The notes under the pieces: generated by a model | Databases searched by the model: none | Seen by the model: only the letters and a program-made list of their open reading frames with translations | Told to the model about the DNA's origin: nothing | Part shown: piece by piece, positions 49,511 through 64,000 of the stretch | How the letters are laid out: every line of letters begins with the position of its first letter | Numbering within the stretch: the stretch's first letter is position 1 | Assembly (NCBI GenBank): GCA_951406725.2 | Contig: OX597836.1 | Span: 45,198,001-45,262,000 of the forward strand | Length of the DNA stretch: 64,000 nucleotides | Reading direction: 5' to 3' | Source: Octopus vulgaris | Lineage: Eukaryota | Position numbers and translations under genes: made by a program

Positions 49511-52190
49511 AAGATATGCTAATCGTTTCAGTATAGTTTGTCCTGTAAAAATTCTCGCTATGTCTCAATGCATTTGACATACCTGACCTTATGTCTGTAA
49601 TCTGTTAAGCTAAGACATATGTGTAAGAATTATTTATAATCTTTGTTACAATGGCAGACGATACGTTCGGCCTGATACCGAAATGGAGATAAGTACTTCA
49701 GTGGATATGTTTCTATCAAAGCTTCACTGATCTCGCGTGTATCAGTAAAACTAAGACATATCTATAAGCATCGTAATGCTTATAGATATGTCATCTTAAT
49801 ATTAACACGTGTCTTAAATGTTAAGCTGTCTTTACAAGCATTAAGTCTTATGCATTGAAATGTGTTCATATGCATTGAGATGTGTTAACACGTATAAATA
49901 GATTAGTTTATAAGCATTAACCCTTTCATAACCATATTTCTGTTGAGATACTCTGTGTTTCTTTCAATTAATTTTAAATATAACAAAGAATTATTAAAAT
50001 AATGTAGTCATCATTCAGCTAGTGTTAGGAACAAATTGTGACTAAGATTTGGTGGAAGATTTTAATTCAAATCTTTTGAAAACAAGACATTTGTATTACA
50101 GAGCCAAAGGCGGGTTGGTATCAAAAGGGTTAAGACATACTTTAAGTATTGTGTTTATACGTATACATATTAAAGTGTGTTATAAGTGTTAAGATGGGTA
50201 TTTAAGTATCGGTTTCAAATTTTGGCACAAGGCTAGCAATTTCGAGGAAGAGGGTAAATCGATTACATCGATCCCCAGTGCGTAACTGGTACTTATTTTA
50301 TCGAGCCCGAAAGGATGAAAGGAAAAATTGACTTTGGTGGAATTTGAACTTAGAACATAAAGACAATTGAAATGCTTTGTCCGGTGTGTTAACGATTCTG
50401 CCAGCTCGCTGCCTTAAATGCGTGTTATAATATTAAAAGGGCGGTGAGCTGGCAGAAACGTTAGCGCGCCGGGCGAAATGCTTAGCAGTATTTCGTCTGC
50501 CGCTACGTTCTGAGTTCAAATTCCGCCGAGGTCGACTTTGCCTTTCATCCTTTCGGGGTCGATAAATTAAGTACCAGTTATGCACTGGGGTCGATCTCTG
50601 TCCTTGTTTGTCCTCTCTATGTTTAGCCCCTTGTGGGTAATAAAGAAATAGGTATTTCGTCTGTCGTTACGTTGTGAGTTCAAATTCCGCCGAGGTCAAC
50701 TTTGCCTTTCATCCTTTCGGGGTCGATAAATTAAGTACCAGTTACGCACTGGGGTTGATATAATCGACTTAATTCCTATGTCTGTCCTTGTTTGTCCCCT
50801 CTGTGTTTAGCCCCTTGTGGGTAGTAAAGGAATATATAATATTAAAATTTGTTTCAAATACAACGACGTGTCTATATATAACAGTGAAGGCGGCGAGCTG
50901 GCAGAAACGTTAGCACGTCGGGCGAAATGCGTTGCCGTATTTCGTCTGCCGTTACGTTCCGAGTTCAAATTCCGCCGAGGTCGACTTTGTCTTTTATCCT
51001 TTCGGGATTGATAAATTAAGTACCAGTTACGCACTGGGGTCGATGTAATCGACTTAATCCGTTTGTCTGTCCTTGTTTGTCCCCTCTGTGTTTAACCCCT
51101 TGTGAGTAGTAAAGAAATATATATATAGCAGTGTTTAAATGCGTTTGTAAGTATAAAAAAATGTATTGTGATGTATTCCACATGATGTGATCATCGCACA
51201 GCCTTATCTTTCAGATTATCTTATAATCTTCTGTTTTTCAAATCTTTCAGATGCTGTCAACATGGCGGCTTTCCATCTCAAGCACTTGAACATCAACGTT
51301 CATGAAACACCTTAACTTCAATAGAATGACAAAAAGGTATTGTTACAGTGTTAGACATTTCTGCATTACGATATTCTCATAGTAGTGGTAGTGGTGTATT
51401 GTGATTTAACTAAAACAAAGGTTCTCAGTCATTTAAAAAAATCTATGGACCCCTTTGATTAATGTTTTATTCTGATGGACCCTCACAGCCATTCGGTATT
51501 TATAAACTAGTTTTACAGAAACTTCTGTCAAAATTCCTATTTTGTTTTTCTCCCTTTAACTTGTGTAGGTTCAACTACACAAAATGTTAGAGAAAGAAAC
51601 CCAGCTGTTTCTTGCAATACATAACCATTACATACATCCAAAGCAAAATGTTTTTGTGGGGCCTTTGAAATGTTTTCATGTTCCCCAATTTACTATTTTT
51701 GTTGCGTGAACCCCTAAAAATCATATATGGACTCTCAGGGGCCATATGGACCCTGGTTGAGAACCAATGAACTAAAATGAGTACTTTTCCTCGGGATTCA
51801 AATTGCTGTGAGTACCAGGCAAACATTTAATGATCGCAATGGCCTGAAACTTAAGAGGCGCGAGAAAACCTTCTATATGTATGCATATATATATCCATTC
51901 ATATAATGTTGGTAAATGAAATAGGGATAAGAATGTGTATTGTCTGTTTAATTGGAAAATTCTATATGTGGCTGAAGATTGCTCGACATTTTAAAATTGA
52001 TGTAATACTTACAGAGTTTAATAAAATGAAGTAGCATGAAACAATTGTACTACTCTACCTTGGATATCCTTGTTGCTTATTTTGATTATAATCACCCCAT
52101 TTGATTTATATGGATAATACCATACAAAATGCTGGTGCCTTTAACTTCAGTACCACATTCATCTGAATCTTAATTTTGCTGAACTTATGT

Positions 52191-52262
<72 letters not shown>

Positions 52263-52382
52263 GTATATATGTATGTATGTATGTATGTATATATGTATGT
52301 GTGTATGCTTGTTTGAATGTATGTTAATCTCTTCCTTCATACCGCTAAGTCATTTTGTTTTTGTTTTGTGTTTTCCAAGCAG

Positions 52383-52558
52383 ATTCTCTTTGTTGGACAA
52401 TGGATGAAAACGAAGGAATCACTGTGGACGTGGAGTCCGGGGTGGAGCACGTGAAGGAGATGTGGAGATGTCTTGGCATTGGACAGAAGGGTTACCTGAC
52501 CGTGTCCGAGCTTGGCACTGTCTGCAGACATATTGGCATGGAAGATATGCAAGACTGG
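52383..52558 (+). CDS. Coding exon of an EF-hand protein, ninein/ninein-like family (ATG at 52400 may be the start or internal)
   Basis: Long pyrimidine tract + CAG acceptor, GTAAGT donor at 52559, GC-rich coding-like composition. MDENEGITVDVESGVEHVKEMWRCLGIGQKGYLTVSELGTVCRHIGMEDMQDW resembles the recalled NINL segment [27 protein letters not shown]. Confidence 0.7.
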
Positions 52559-52841
52559 GTAAGTAGTGCGCTGCTCATTTTCCATTCTTCTAAGCTTCTA
52601 TTTTTAAACTGGTTTAAAACCTTTTAGTTGTGTGTGTGTGTGTGTTTGCCCTCCGTTTAATACTTCTGACATGATAGCAGTTTGGTGAAGCTATTTGACA
52701 AGTGACTGCATGTTCACGAGTTCAACTCCTACTTCTAAAATATTTTTACTTTTATCTAAAGGGTTTTTCATCTCATTATTCACATACTACTTTTTGCAGC
52801 CTTCTATGTGTTTCTAGATCCAATTCCCAAAAAGAATTACT

Positions 52842-52913
<72 letters not shown>

Positions 52914-53218
52914 AGTAGGTGCTGCAAATTTAGGGTGAATACTTGATAAGTGTTAGCACCTGTATACGGCAGATAGTGGCAGAGGTGAGATAGAATATAT
53001 CAAATAAAATCAACAACAGAACACAAAGGATGTCGCGGTACACGTATTTCAAGCTTTATAAACAACCTGTTCTTTCATCAGTGTATAATAGATATAAAAG
53101 ATGGTTTAAACCTCTCTTCAGCCGCATGCAATTGTTATTCCAAAGAGTTACATCACACTATGAAAAATATGAAAGGTACATTTAGTGTTACCCATAATGA
53201 TAGGTATATCATGTCTCC

Positions 53219-53313
<95 letters not shown>

Positions 53314-53367
53314 CCTTCTTACCTATCTATCTATCTGTCTGTCTGCCTCCCTCCATGTGCGCGCGTG

Positions 53368-53407
<40 letters not shown>

Positions 53408-54934
53408 TTATGTATACATATATATTTATGTAAACACGCGTTGACATATAAACAAACCCTATCCCCCTATCCCCCTCTCTCTCTCTCTCGTTCAGATGAA
53501 TTCAATAATCCATTGAGCTAAATCTGTTTAATATAGATTAACTGTGATTGATAATCCCATGTCATGTCAGCCATATTGACATTAAGTTTGGGTGTGGTCA
53601 CTCAGTCAATATCTATGGTGGCGGTGGTGGTGGTGATGGCGTTGAACCAAATTTCGGTACTTCGGCTTTAGTTGTAGTCTTGTTGTTGTTGTTGTGGAAC
53701 CCCGGGGTCAATACTGATTGAGAAGACCCCTGATCAGAGATATACCAGTCGTGATACATCCTGTCTTTTTAAATCTGCGTAAGACTACATTGTTCATTGT
53801 GGCATTCCCGTTTTTACAACAACTTGGTGTAATTTTGGGAGATTTGGCTGTTATTTCTAGTGACCACGTTGACACTTTCTTGCTCCCTCGTTGACTCATG
53901 CTGTTGTTAACCCCAGGTCAACAATGATCAAGCACATATATGATCAACAACATTCCTTCTATGTTTTGGCATTCTCTATTTAGGACTACAATATCCAATA
54001 GGTTCTCTCTTCTTTAGAAATATTTGCGTGTGATTCTAGGGGTGTTAGGCTGCTATTTCTAACAGGTTGAGTAACGTAGAGAAACTCACTTATTTTCCTG
54101 AAGGGACTGATGTGAGGCGAGGTTTGGCTACTATCTCTAGTAGGTGGAGCCACTGCATACAGGCTCTGAATCTATCTTATGAGAAGTTTGGCTGTTGTTA
54201 CTAGAAGATCGCAAGACCACATGGTGGGCTGGTTTAGTTACATCGAAGATGGCTCCTTGTTGACTTACGAATTCTTCTCATTGGTCGATTTGTTGTTGCT
54301 GTTGTTGCTGTTGTTGCTATTGCTGTTTAACCCCAGGTCGGCACTTATTTAGTCAAAGGCGTCTCAGTCATGACTGTTTTACCTTTCTCTGGAAAACTCT
54401 ACTCTGAAGGAATTTTGGCAACAATACTAGCAGGTCTACTAACCCCATAAAGGTCCACTCATTAGTTCAGGGAACCAGTTGAACTCGATGCTGCTGTTGC
54501 TGTTGCTTATCTAACACTCATCAATGTTACCTTGCTGTCTTTCAATTCAAAAAGACAGACAAGAGGTGTAAATAGTATTAGGACACGAACGGGGCAGGAG
54601 CTTTGTGAGATTAACCGCGAGGAGGGAAAAAAATTTCTTTGCCTCCAGAAGAATAGCTGTGTTGTTGTTGTTGTTCTTATTATAGGCCCTAAGCACTTAA
54701 AAGAGTTTTGGTGCCCTTCAAACACAAAGGATACAATCTTTTCCTTAACATATTCACATCATAGGCGCAGGAGTGGCTGTGTGGTAAGTAGCTTGCTAAC
54801 CAACCACATGGTTCCGGGTTCAGTCCCACTGCGTGGCACCTTGGGCAAGTGTCTTCTACTATAGCCTCGGGCCGACCAATGCCTTGTGAGTGGATTTGGT
54901 AGACGGAAACTGAAAGAAGCCTGTCGTATATATG

Positions 54935-55039
<105 letters not shown>

Positions 55040-55799
55040 TTGTGTGTCTTTGTTTGTCCCCCTAGCATTGCTTGACAACCGATGCTGGTGTGTTTACGTC
55101 CCCGTTACTTAGCGGTTCGGCAAAAGAGACCGATAGAATAAGTACTGGGCTTACAAAGAATAAGTCCCGGGGTCGATTTGCTCGACTAAAGGCGGTGCTC
55201 CAGCATGGCCGCAGTCAAATGACTGAAACGAGTAAAAGAGTAAAGAGTATCAATAATGGAATTCAAAATATTTACTATAGTAGAATTAACAAGGGATGCA
55301 TTATTCTCTAAACTCGTTCTGCCACGGATATGACAAAAGAAACAAGGTAAATATTTTTTGAATTCCATTATAGAAGGAAATGGATGTATTCTCTATGTTT
55401 GAAGCATATTGGGTCAAGTGTCTTAGCCTCGGGCCAACCAAAACCTTATCAATGGATTTAGAAGAGAGAAGAAAGAGGCTCGTTGTACACACACACACAC
55501 AAACTCAGACACACTCACACACGCACGCACACACACATGCACACACACGCACACGCACACACACACACACACACAGGCACACACACACACACACACACAC
55601 ATACGCACGTACACACACACACACATACGCACGTACACACACACACACACACATAACGGAGCTTATGTGTGCGTGTATGTGTGTATCTGTGTATTCTTGT
55701 GTTTGTGTTTTGCCCCACCATCGTTTGATAACCGATGTTGGCTTCTTTACGTCTCCGTATCTTAGCGCTCGGCAAAATGACCAAAACTATTGAAAGATA

Positions 55800-56138
55800 A
55801 TCATCATCATCTATGTTACGCCAGACTTCACAGTCCATCATAGCATTACGGAGGTCCTGTTGCTGGATACCTGTATCCCTGGAGATTACATCAGGGTAGG
55901 AGAGTGTGCGCCATCTGGTATCGCGAGCAGATGGCTTCCAGAGGAGAAGAGTAGAAATTACCTCGTTTTCAGCTCTACAACAATGTCCAGCAAACTGGAC
56001 TCTTCTACCTTTCACAAGAGATGACACAGGTGGTAGTTTCCCATATATTTGCATTTTGGTTGGATGACGCTTCCACGAGAGATTTTGAGCTCTCATAAGG
56101 AGGTGAGTGTAAGTTCCATCCAACCGCCTCTCAAGCTT
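55800..56138 (-). mobile_element. RTE-type LINE 3' fragment
   Basis: KLERRLDGTYTHLLMRAQNLSW...VQFAGHCCR...LLWKP...AMMD.EVWR followed by a (GAT)n tail. Near-identical to 57899-58430. Confidence 0.82.
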
Positions 56139-56949
56139 TGAAAGATAAAAGATATGTGTCATATATAAACATTAAACACACAAATATGTATGTATATGTT
56201 TACGTATGTATGTATCAGTGGTGTGCAGTGACTTCTGAGGTTGGTCATACAATAAATACTTATTGGTTGAGCCGAACCATTCTGAAATTATTTAACTAAA
56301 AGAACACATTTAGTTACGTAATATAGCCATGGTTTTAGACCATTGTGCTGTCAAAGACAACTCAGCTAATTTATCAGGTTCCTCGCCAATTTCGGGAAAA
56401 TAATTGACACTCACTCGAGCAGCCTGTTCTGATATTTACTGAACTCTGTACATTAAAAGACTACGTCCCGCGTACATTGAACATACAGGCTGCTCGAGTC
56501 TTCAAAAATGCTGATTATGAAATTATAATTTTGTTTTGTGGTAATAAAGAGTAGTTCCATCTAGTTGCTGTTGCTTTCGGAAATCCTTTTTTAACAATGT
56601 TAAAACATTGTGAAGGCGCATGGCTCACTGGTTAGAGCGTTGAGCTTACGATCGTGAGGTTGCGAGCTCGAATCCCGGACCGGGCTGCGTGTTGTGTTCT
56701 TGAGCAAGACACTTTATTTTACGTTGCTCCAGTTCACTCAGCTGTAGAAATGAGTTGCGACGTCATAGGTGCCAAGCCTGTATCGGCCCTTTTGCCTTTC
56801 CCTTGGATAACACTGGTTGCGTGGAGAGAGGCGGCCGGTATGCATGGGCGACTGCTGGTCTTCCATAAACAACCTTGCCCGGACTTGTGCCTGGGAGGGT
56901 AACTTTCTAGGTGCAATCCCACGGTCATTCATGACCGAAGGGAGTCTCA

Positions 56950-58800
56950 GAATTTAATGCATTAGCCCTTTTCGGTGATTTCGTAAAAAATGTGCCTAGT
57001 CCATTTATTGTAGAAAAAAATATCTTACATTCTTTCATAGCAGAGCATGATTGTGAAAGAACAAGAATTTAGGATATGAGAATAACAATGAATAAAGATC
57101 GCACATTCATATTTCTTTCTTACATTTGACTGTGAATCATTTAATTGTCCTGCCATTGTAGCGGTACCATCATAGGTTCGTGCAATCAATTTGTTTCCAC
57201 ATTTCCACGTTTCAATGCTTTTACAAACATGTTCAGATTAAGCATCTGCAGATCGATCTGCACAAGCATAATTAAAACTAATAAATCGTTCTTTCGTAAC
57301 ACAATCTTTTGTAACATAACATAAAACAGTTGACAATTGTGAATATACCGATAAATCAGATGTTTCATCAACAAAATTAACAACGGATGTAGCCTAATTA
57401 AGTTAATTTTGTATTTCATACAACATAACCTTTTGAACTGCATCAATCAAGTCATTTTGAATTCTGTTTGAGAGGTAGAGGCTGTGTCTAGATGGGTTGC
57501 TGATTAAATATAAGAGTTCTTTATAATTTCCACGATTATTAGATTCTTCAGATTCAAAATGACCCCGAAATGATAATTCCTGACAACCTAAAAAAATAAC
57601 TACATCGATCGGCATTCCTTCGATATAGCTCGACAAGGTCGAGACATTTCACTTCGGGTATTTCCGTGGGTTTGTGGAGTAAAGATATAACGAAATTATG
57701 CCAGCAATGTCTCATTTGAAACTTGAAGTAAAAAAACCTTGCGTATTTGTTCTTACCTGTCTCATGTGTGTATGTAAAATCCGCAAATTTCCAAGCAGAA
57801 AACAGAATCGAACTGTCATTTGCTTCCACGGAAATACCCGAAGTGAAGTGTTTTGATTTTGTCGAGTTATATCGAAAGAATTCCCATCGATCAATCGTCA
57901 CATCATCATCATCATTGCTCGATCGTGGTCGAGACAATGGAATTTACCATGCTACGCCAGACTTCACGGTCCATCATAGCATTACGGGGGTCCTGTTGCT
58001 GGATACCTGTATCCCTGGAGATTACATCAGGGTAGGAGAGTGTGCGCCCTCTGGTGTTGCGAGTAGATGGCTTCCAGAGGAGAAGAGTAGAAATTGCCTC
58101 GTTTTCAGCTCTACAACAATGTCCAGCAAACTGGACTCTCCTACCTTTCACAAGAGATGACACAGGTGGTAGTTTCCCATATATTTGCATTTTGGTTGGA
58201 TGACGCTTCCACGAGAGATTTTGAGCTCTGATAAGGAGGTGAGTGTAGGTTCCATCCAACCGCCTCTCAAGCTTCTTTGATAACGTCCAGGTTTCTGAGC
58301 CATATAGTAGAATTGGTTTGACTGTGGCTTTGAAGATTTCAAGTTTGAAGTCTCTACTTAGATTTGATGACCAGATCTTATGCATGTCATTACAGGCTGA
58401 CCAGGCCATACCCTTTCTAGTTAGAAAATCTTGGATCTATTTCGTCTAACTTCCTCATTATGATGTTGTATACTCTGTTTTTTTTTACACGCATCTAATT
58501 GTAAGTCTACGCAAACATTCCCGAATGTTTTAAGATCTATCAAGGATTTTATATACCTTTGAGAACGTTCATGTTTTAGCATAGCCATTTATAGACAATT
58601 TAAATCATCATAACCTTTATCATTCCAAATAGATTTTTCTAAACAAAACAACACGCATGGCCAACCGAATAACTTATTAATTGTATCACTACCAGTTAGC
58701 CATTTTTTCTTTTCATACAAATTAACCTGAAATTGTGTTGGGAATTTCTTGTAGCTTCGCAAATCAGGTAATTTCGGTTTTGGTCGATCACCTTTTATAA
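56950..58800 (-). mobile_element. hAT (ZMYM1/DUF4371-type) transposase remnant split by a MITE and a LINE
   Basis: Minus-strand fragments KWLTGSDTINKLFGWPCVLF..WNDKGYDDL (TTF-type finger, ~58720-58600) and IDVVIFLGCQELSFRGHFESEESNNRGNYKELL (~57605-57505). A possible terminus CAGTGGTGTGCAG lies at 56216. Confidence 0.7.
57899..58430 (-). mobile_element. RTE-type LINE 3' fragment
   Basis: KIW...KLEIFKATVKPILLYGSETWTL (RT thumb) through the stop and a (TGA)n tail. Nested within the hAT remnant. Confidence 0.88.
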
Positions 58801-58804
58801 TTAC

Positions 58805-59160
58805 GATTGTGCTTCACCAGTTGGGACTTTGGTGAACAGACTTATCACATCTAGACTCACCATCTAGTTGGATTCAATAGGGGTATCCTTGATCAATTCT
58901 GTGAAGTGGGTGGAATTCTTCACGAACAATGTTGACTTTCCTGCTAATGGACTGATTATATATCCACAAGGAAGCGGCTCAGTGGATGACATGCTGAACC
59001 TCCACAGCTTACTATAGGTCTTAATGGAATACCATCCTTGTGAATCTTAGGGAGACTGTACATGTGTGCTAGTTTGCTGTAGTGTTGAGTCAGTTGTCTG
59101 TACTTCATTGGTGTAAAGTGATCCTTGTTCTTGATCTGTGACAACAACCTCCTAAGCAAA
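58805..59160 (-). mobile_element. Penelope-like reverse transcriptase fragment
   Basis: MYSLPKIHKDGIPLRPIVS and MVSLDVISLFTKVP motifs, interrupted by stops. Confidence 0.85.
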
Positions 59161-59549
59161 CCGAGTGCAGATATGAATAGCATATGGGAAGCGGTATTAA
59201 GGAAGGATAGAAAAAATATTAGATTTATAACCCTAACATTCACTCCATAATTGCCCACGGACATATGGCATAGTGGTTAAGAGCGCGGGCTACTAACCCC
59301 AAGATTCCGAGTTAACAACAACAACAACAATATTGGAAAATACATTAGGAATGAGAACCCAGGTTCCAAAATTTCCCCAAGACACCCGAAGAAGGTTGAA
59401 GGGTATATCAGCCGAAACGTTTTTTTTAACAACAAAGAAGAGGACAAATATCCGTCAAATGTAAATAATGTACTCAATTCCTCATCTCTTAAATATAGAA
59501 ATGAGTATTATTATTCTTATTAGTAGTAGTGTGTGCATGTGTGTATTTA

Positions 59550-59633
<84 letters not shown>

Positions 59634-59899
59634 CTCTTATTATAAAAGGCAGATTTTATCTGCCTCCCTTTGTAACTTATAGAAATCTACAATATAGGAT
59701 TTCTTCAATTACAATTTACCTAGCATTTTTAAGAGTAGAATGCATCGGGTCATGCCAGGTCCAGTTTTTAAAATTTAAACTCCAATTAAGCAAAATTTAC
59801 AGAAAACTCACATTCTGGTGTGTATGTCAAATGTTTTTCTTAATGTGGTTTACACCACACGCAAACGCACACACACACAAAGGGAGCGAATTGTTTCAC

Positions 59900-60608
59900 T
59901 GACGCTATCACCCTTCTCCTCCTTTGTCTTTGCAAGTTTGCAGCTATTAAAGTGAAAACAGTGAATCCGACAGCGATAAAGAAAACGAATTGGTACCTGA
60001 ATGGAGTGAAAATTTAAAAACTGTTTCTTTCGGTGATTTTTCTGAAGAAACTGCACCAAGCCACAGACTTTCCCAGAAGAGTAAAGCCTTAGACTATTTC
60101 TATTTACTTTTTCGAATGAGCCCATTTGAAATCATTACGGCAGAAACGAAACGTTACGCTAAACGTAAACAAAACGAAAGAAAGGATAGTTTGTTATTTC
60201 CCACAACCTTAAATGAAATTAAGGCCTATTTTGCCATAAATATTATTATGGGTATCAGAAAGTTACCCAGAATAACAAATTCTATCGTAAAATTTTGTTG
60301 TATACCCAATTGAATATTAGCTAATAACCCATTTTCTATAGCGATGTTTGAACAAAATTTTAATAATTTTATATATTGTTGAATTTACCTGTATCTACCT
60401 GCAATTAGAGTCACTTTGTGACAAAAATTATAGTATAGAATTGGTTGAGGACATTTCATTAAATTATCTTCCAAAATTCACGTTAATATATTGATAAATA
60501 AAAAAGTTATTGTTGTTTAATGAAACCAGACTAAATTTATGATTATGTTAGAAATTAATTGAAACACATAAGGGGTGTATTTTGGTCAGAAATATAGTAA
60601 CGAAAGGG
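59900..60608 (+). mobile_element. piggyBac remnant (transposase N-terminus + right end)
   Basis: ALDYFYLLF...FEIITAETKRYA...TTLNEIKAYFAINIIMGIRKLPRI. Ends TAGTAACGAAAGGG-TTAA. The last ~230 bp is the reverse-complement homologue of 12542-12770. Confidence 0.85.
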
Positions 60609-60720
60609 TTAAGAAAAACCAAAAAATATTTTATTCTTTATAAATGTTGTATTCAAAATAACATTTTCTTTTAAGAATGTGTATATAACAAAGTATGTGT
60701 ATATAACTACGTGACTTATA

Positions 60721-61116
60721 TCTTTATATATAAGAGTGAAGTTGTGTGTCTGTCTCCTACGATTTAGATTCCTAACTACTCCCACATTTTGCGGTGCAGT
60801 GTAACCAAAACCGGGTATCTTATAGTCGTGAGTCATATCGAGCCCTTCTGGGTATTAGCGCGCGTCTACGATGAGTCTACGATTTAAAAAAATTTACCAT
60901 CATATTTTTCCATTTTAATGCATTTTTTTCGCTATTATATAAGGGAAGTAACTCTCTAAAAATATCTACGATGTGTCAACGATTTAAAAAGAAATTTACC
61001 TTAATTTTTTTTCCATTTTTAATGCATTTTTTCCTATTTTTTGGCTATAACTCTCTAAAAATGCTTATATAGTTATTTCCCTTACAAACCCGAGCAACGC
61101 CGGGCGATACTGCTAG
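60721..61116 (+). mobile_element. Non-autonomous Helitron
   Basis: a|TC...CCCGAGCAACGCCGGG hairpin...CTAG|t. A similar 3' end (ctcgggcaacgccggg...gctagt) lies at ~46436-46463. Confidence 0.82.
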
Positions 61117-61341
61117 TTTACATATATATATATATATATCATATTATAGTTTCTTACATCTGTTAAAACGACTTATTGATGGACACTTGTTTATATTCTC
61201 CCTGGTGAGATTGATGCATTTTTCCACATTATTCTTCCACTCGGATTTATTTTAATACATCTATCGAAACATATGTAGGTGATATGGTGATATAAATGAT
61301 TTAAATAACATCTTGAGCGTTTGTCTCCATTTTCCATTATT

Positions 61342-61394
<53 letters not shown>

Positions 61395-62031
61395 ACGTGA
61401 TCACCGTGACCGACCAGGCTATCAGATGTTGCTACACATCGCTGGTCACAATGCGCTTCGCATTGTTTTAGCCTTCAAATGACACCACCCCGCTGGCTAA
61501 GCAGCAGGCCAACAGAAGAAAGAGTGAGAGAAAGTTGTGGCGAAAGAGTACAGCAGGGATCGCCACCACCCCCTGCCGGAGCCTCGTGGAGCTTTAGGTG
61601 TTTTCGCTCAATAAACACACACAATGCCCAGTCTGGGAATCGAAACAGCGATCCTACGACCGCGAGTCCGCTGCCCTAACCACTGGGCCATTGCGCCTCC
61701 ACTATATATATATATATATATATATCCCCGAAAGGATGAAAGGCAAAGTCGACCTCGGCGGAATTTGAACTCAGAACGTAGCGGCAGACGAAATACCTAT
61801 TTCTTTATTACCCACAAGGGGCTAAACACAGAGAGGGCAAACAAGGATAGACAAAGGTATTAAGTCGATTATATCGACCCCAGTGCGTAACTGGTACTTA
61901 ATTTATCGACCCCGAAAGGATGAAAGGCAAAGTCGACATCGGCGGAATTTGAACTCAGAACGTAACGGCAGACGAAATACGGTTACGCATTTCGCCCGGC
62001 GTGCTAACGTTTCTGCCAGCTTGCCACCTTA

Positions 62032-62373
62032 AACCGAAAGCATGTTCGGTTGGAGGGGATGCTTCAGTTCGTTCGAGGGCTTCGTAGTGTGGTCTTTCCT
62101 CTTCTCCTTGATGGTTTGGCATAGAAATTGTCCCTTTGTAATCTTGTATGAGGAATGCCGAATGTCTTCATGCATTACCTGCCTGGTAAGAAACTCAGAC
62201 ACTCTCATGTCGTTTCCAAATTTCAGGCAGAGTGAATTGCGTCATAATGCTGTTTTTCTTACAGACCGGTGCCCAACCGACCCTACAATACTGTGTAGTC
62301 GACATAGTAAAAAACAATGTACATTCGCAACATTAAAAATATAAAATGGCGACAATATATCTATCGCACCCTG
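62032..62373 (-). mobile_element. Tc1/mariner-superfamily (maT/DD37D-like) 5' fragment
   Basis: Minus-strand peptide VSEFLTRQVMHEDIRHSSYKITKGQFLCQTIKEKRKD...LKHPLQPNML and a terminus-like CAGGGTGCGATAG. Confidence 0.55.
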
Positions 62374-62755
62374 TGTGTATGTGTGTATATATATATATAT
62401 ATATGCACATACACACACACATATATATATACACATACACGCATACATATGGAAGTACAAGAGTTGCTCAGACTCTGCATAAGGAGTAGACAACAACCAC
62501 CATATATATGTATGTTTCTGTATATATATATATATACTCTCTTTACTCTTTTACTTGTTTCAGTCATTTGACTGCGGCCATGCTGGAGCACCGCCTTTAA
62601 TCGAGCAACTCGACCCCGCGACTTATTCTTATGTAAGCCCAGTACTTATTCTATCGGTTTCTTTTGCCGAACCGCTAAGTAACGGGGACATAAACACACC
62701 AGCATCGGTTGTCAAGCAATGCTAGGGGGACAAACACAGACACACAAACACACAC

Positions 62756-62816
<61 letters not shown>

Positions 62817-64000
62817 CGACGGGCTTCTTTCAGTTTCCGTCTACCAAATCCACTCACAAGGCTTTGGTCGGCCCGAGGCTATAGTAGAAGACACTTGCCC
62901 AAGGTGCTAAGCAGTGGGACTGAACCTGGAACTATGTGGTTGGTAAACAAGCTACTTACCACACAGCCACTCCTGTATATATTTATACAAACAAACACCC
63001 ATGCACATAGACAGCCATTCACGTCTGCATTCGTTCGCAGACAGGCACAGACCAAATCGGAATCTTGACACAGCATCATAGTAATGTTGCAGACTCCTGC
63101 AACTGTGTGCAACGACTGTGGCGGCGGCGGCGGCGGAGGAGGCGGTGGTGGCTCTGGTGACAGCGATGGAAAATTTAGAGCAAGCCTCAGACAAAGTGAA
63201 AAAGCAGCAAATCAAAAAAAAATCAAAAACGGTGCAGCAAAAATAATATGGAAGCTAATGAATTGGCGAGGAGCTTCTTGTAAGTGGCCGCTTTGCTTGC
63301 TAGAAATAGCAGTCAAATCTAATTGAGACTATTTACAAGCGTCTTGAAAAAGGAAGGACACGTTGGATGACAGACACCTAGAGAGAATATTCTTGAGAAC
63401 TGGATGAGGTGTTCACTGCTGGAGTGTCTTTAATCCATAGGTCACAGGTCTGCCTAATTATGGTTGACCTGGGGTTAAATAATAAACAGCGGTGGTGCCC
63501 CAGCATGGCCGCGGCCTTTTCGGGCTAAGACATTTATTAAGGATTTGAGGTACATAAATAAACCAGCGTGGTACATCATGTATGCAAACACACAGACACA
63601 CACACAGACACAGACACAGACATACGTTGTCTGTCTCACGGACACACATACACTCGCACAGACAAACACAGTCTGTCTCTCTCTCTCTCTCACACACACA
63701 TACACACACACGTTTAGTAGCAGGCATAGCCATGGATGCCTCTCGTCTCGATGACGTAACACACCTGTGGTTGTGTAATAGCAGCAGCGGTCGCAGCAGT
63801 AGTCGCAGCAGCTGAAGTCGCGGCAGCAGCAGCAGCAGCCGTTAAGCACAACAATTACATACGTTAAATGTATTGACAATTTACACACACACACACACAG
63901 ATACACATATATACAAATACATACACACACATATACACGCATATATTCAGGCATACACATAAATATATACATATATACGCATAATTATATACACACACAT

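Noticed and set aside
63084-63326. Gly-rich ORF
   Set aside because: Driven by a (GGC)n microsatellite, with no supporting splice sites or homology.

Overview
Eukaryotic, AT-rich, repeat-dense genomic DNA. The SINE families and microsatellite load suggest a coleoid cephalopod, probably Octopus (inference). 1-23.6 kb holds a spliced + strand gene for 60S ribosomal protein L7a (eL8): six coding exons at 2799-23573, with the ATG-only first exon apparently upstream of the window. Its introns carry about 15 candidate snoRNA genes plus a pseudogene. These are C/D RNAs resembling U24/SNORD24 (split into two single-guide families), U53, U103 and U36C, an H/ACA RNA resembling ACA50/SNORA50, and two copies of an H/ACA RNA whose target I cannot identify. 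Up to eight sit in one intron. One U24-type copy is nested inside a hAT element with TIRs and a TSD. That hAT element also holds a deleted piggyBac whose transposase core has expanded into a 17 x 178-bp tandem array. 24-64 kb is mostly SINEs, MITEs, Helitron, Tc1/mariner, hAT, piggyBac, Penelope and RTE debris plus microsatellites, with one convincing EF-hand (ninein-like) exon at 52.4 kb. Almost all ORFs in the supplied track are spurious. snoRNA family names and rRNA positions (human numbering) are recalled from knowledge, not database searches. Repeat boundaries are approximate unless TIR/TSD positions are given.
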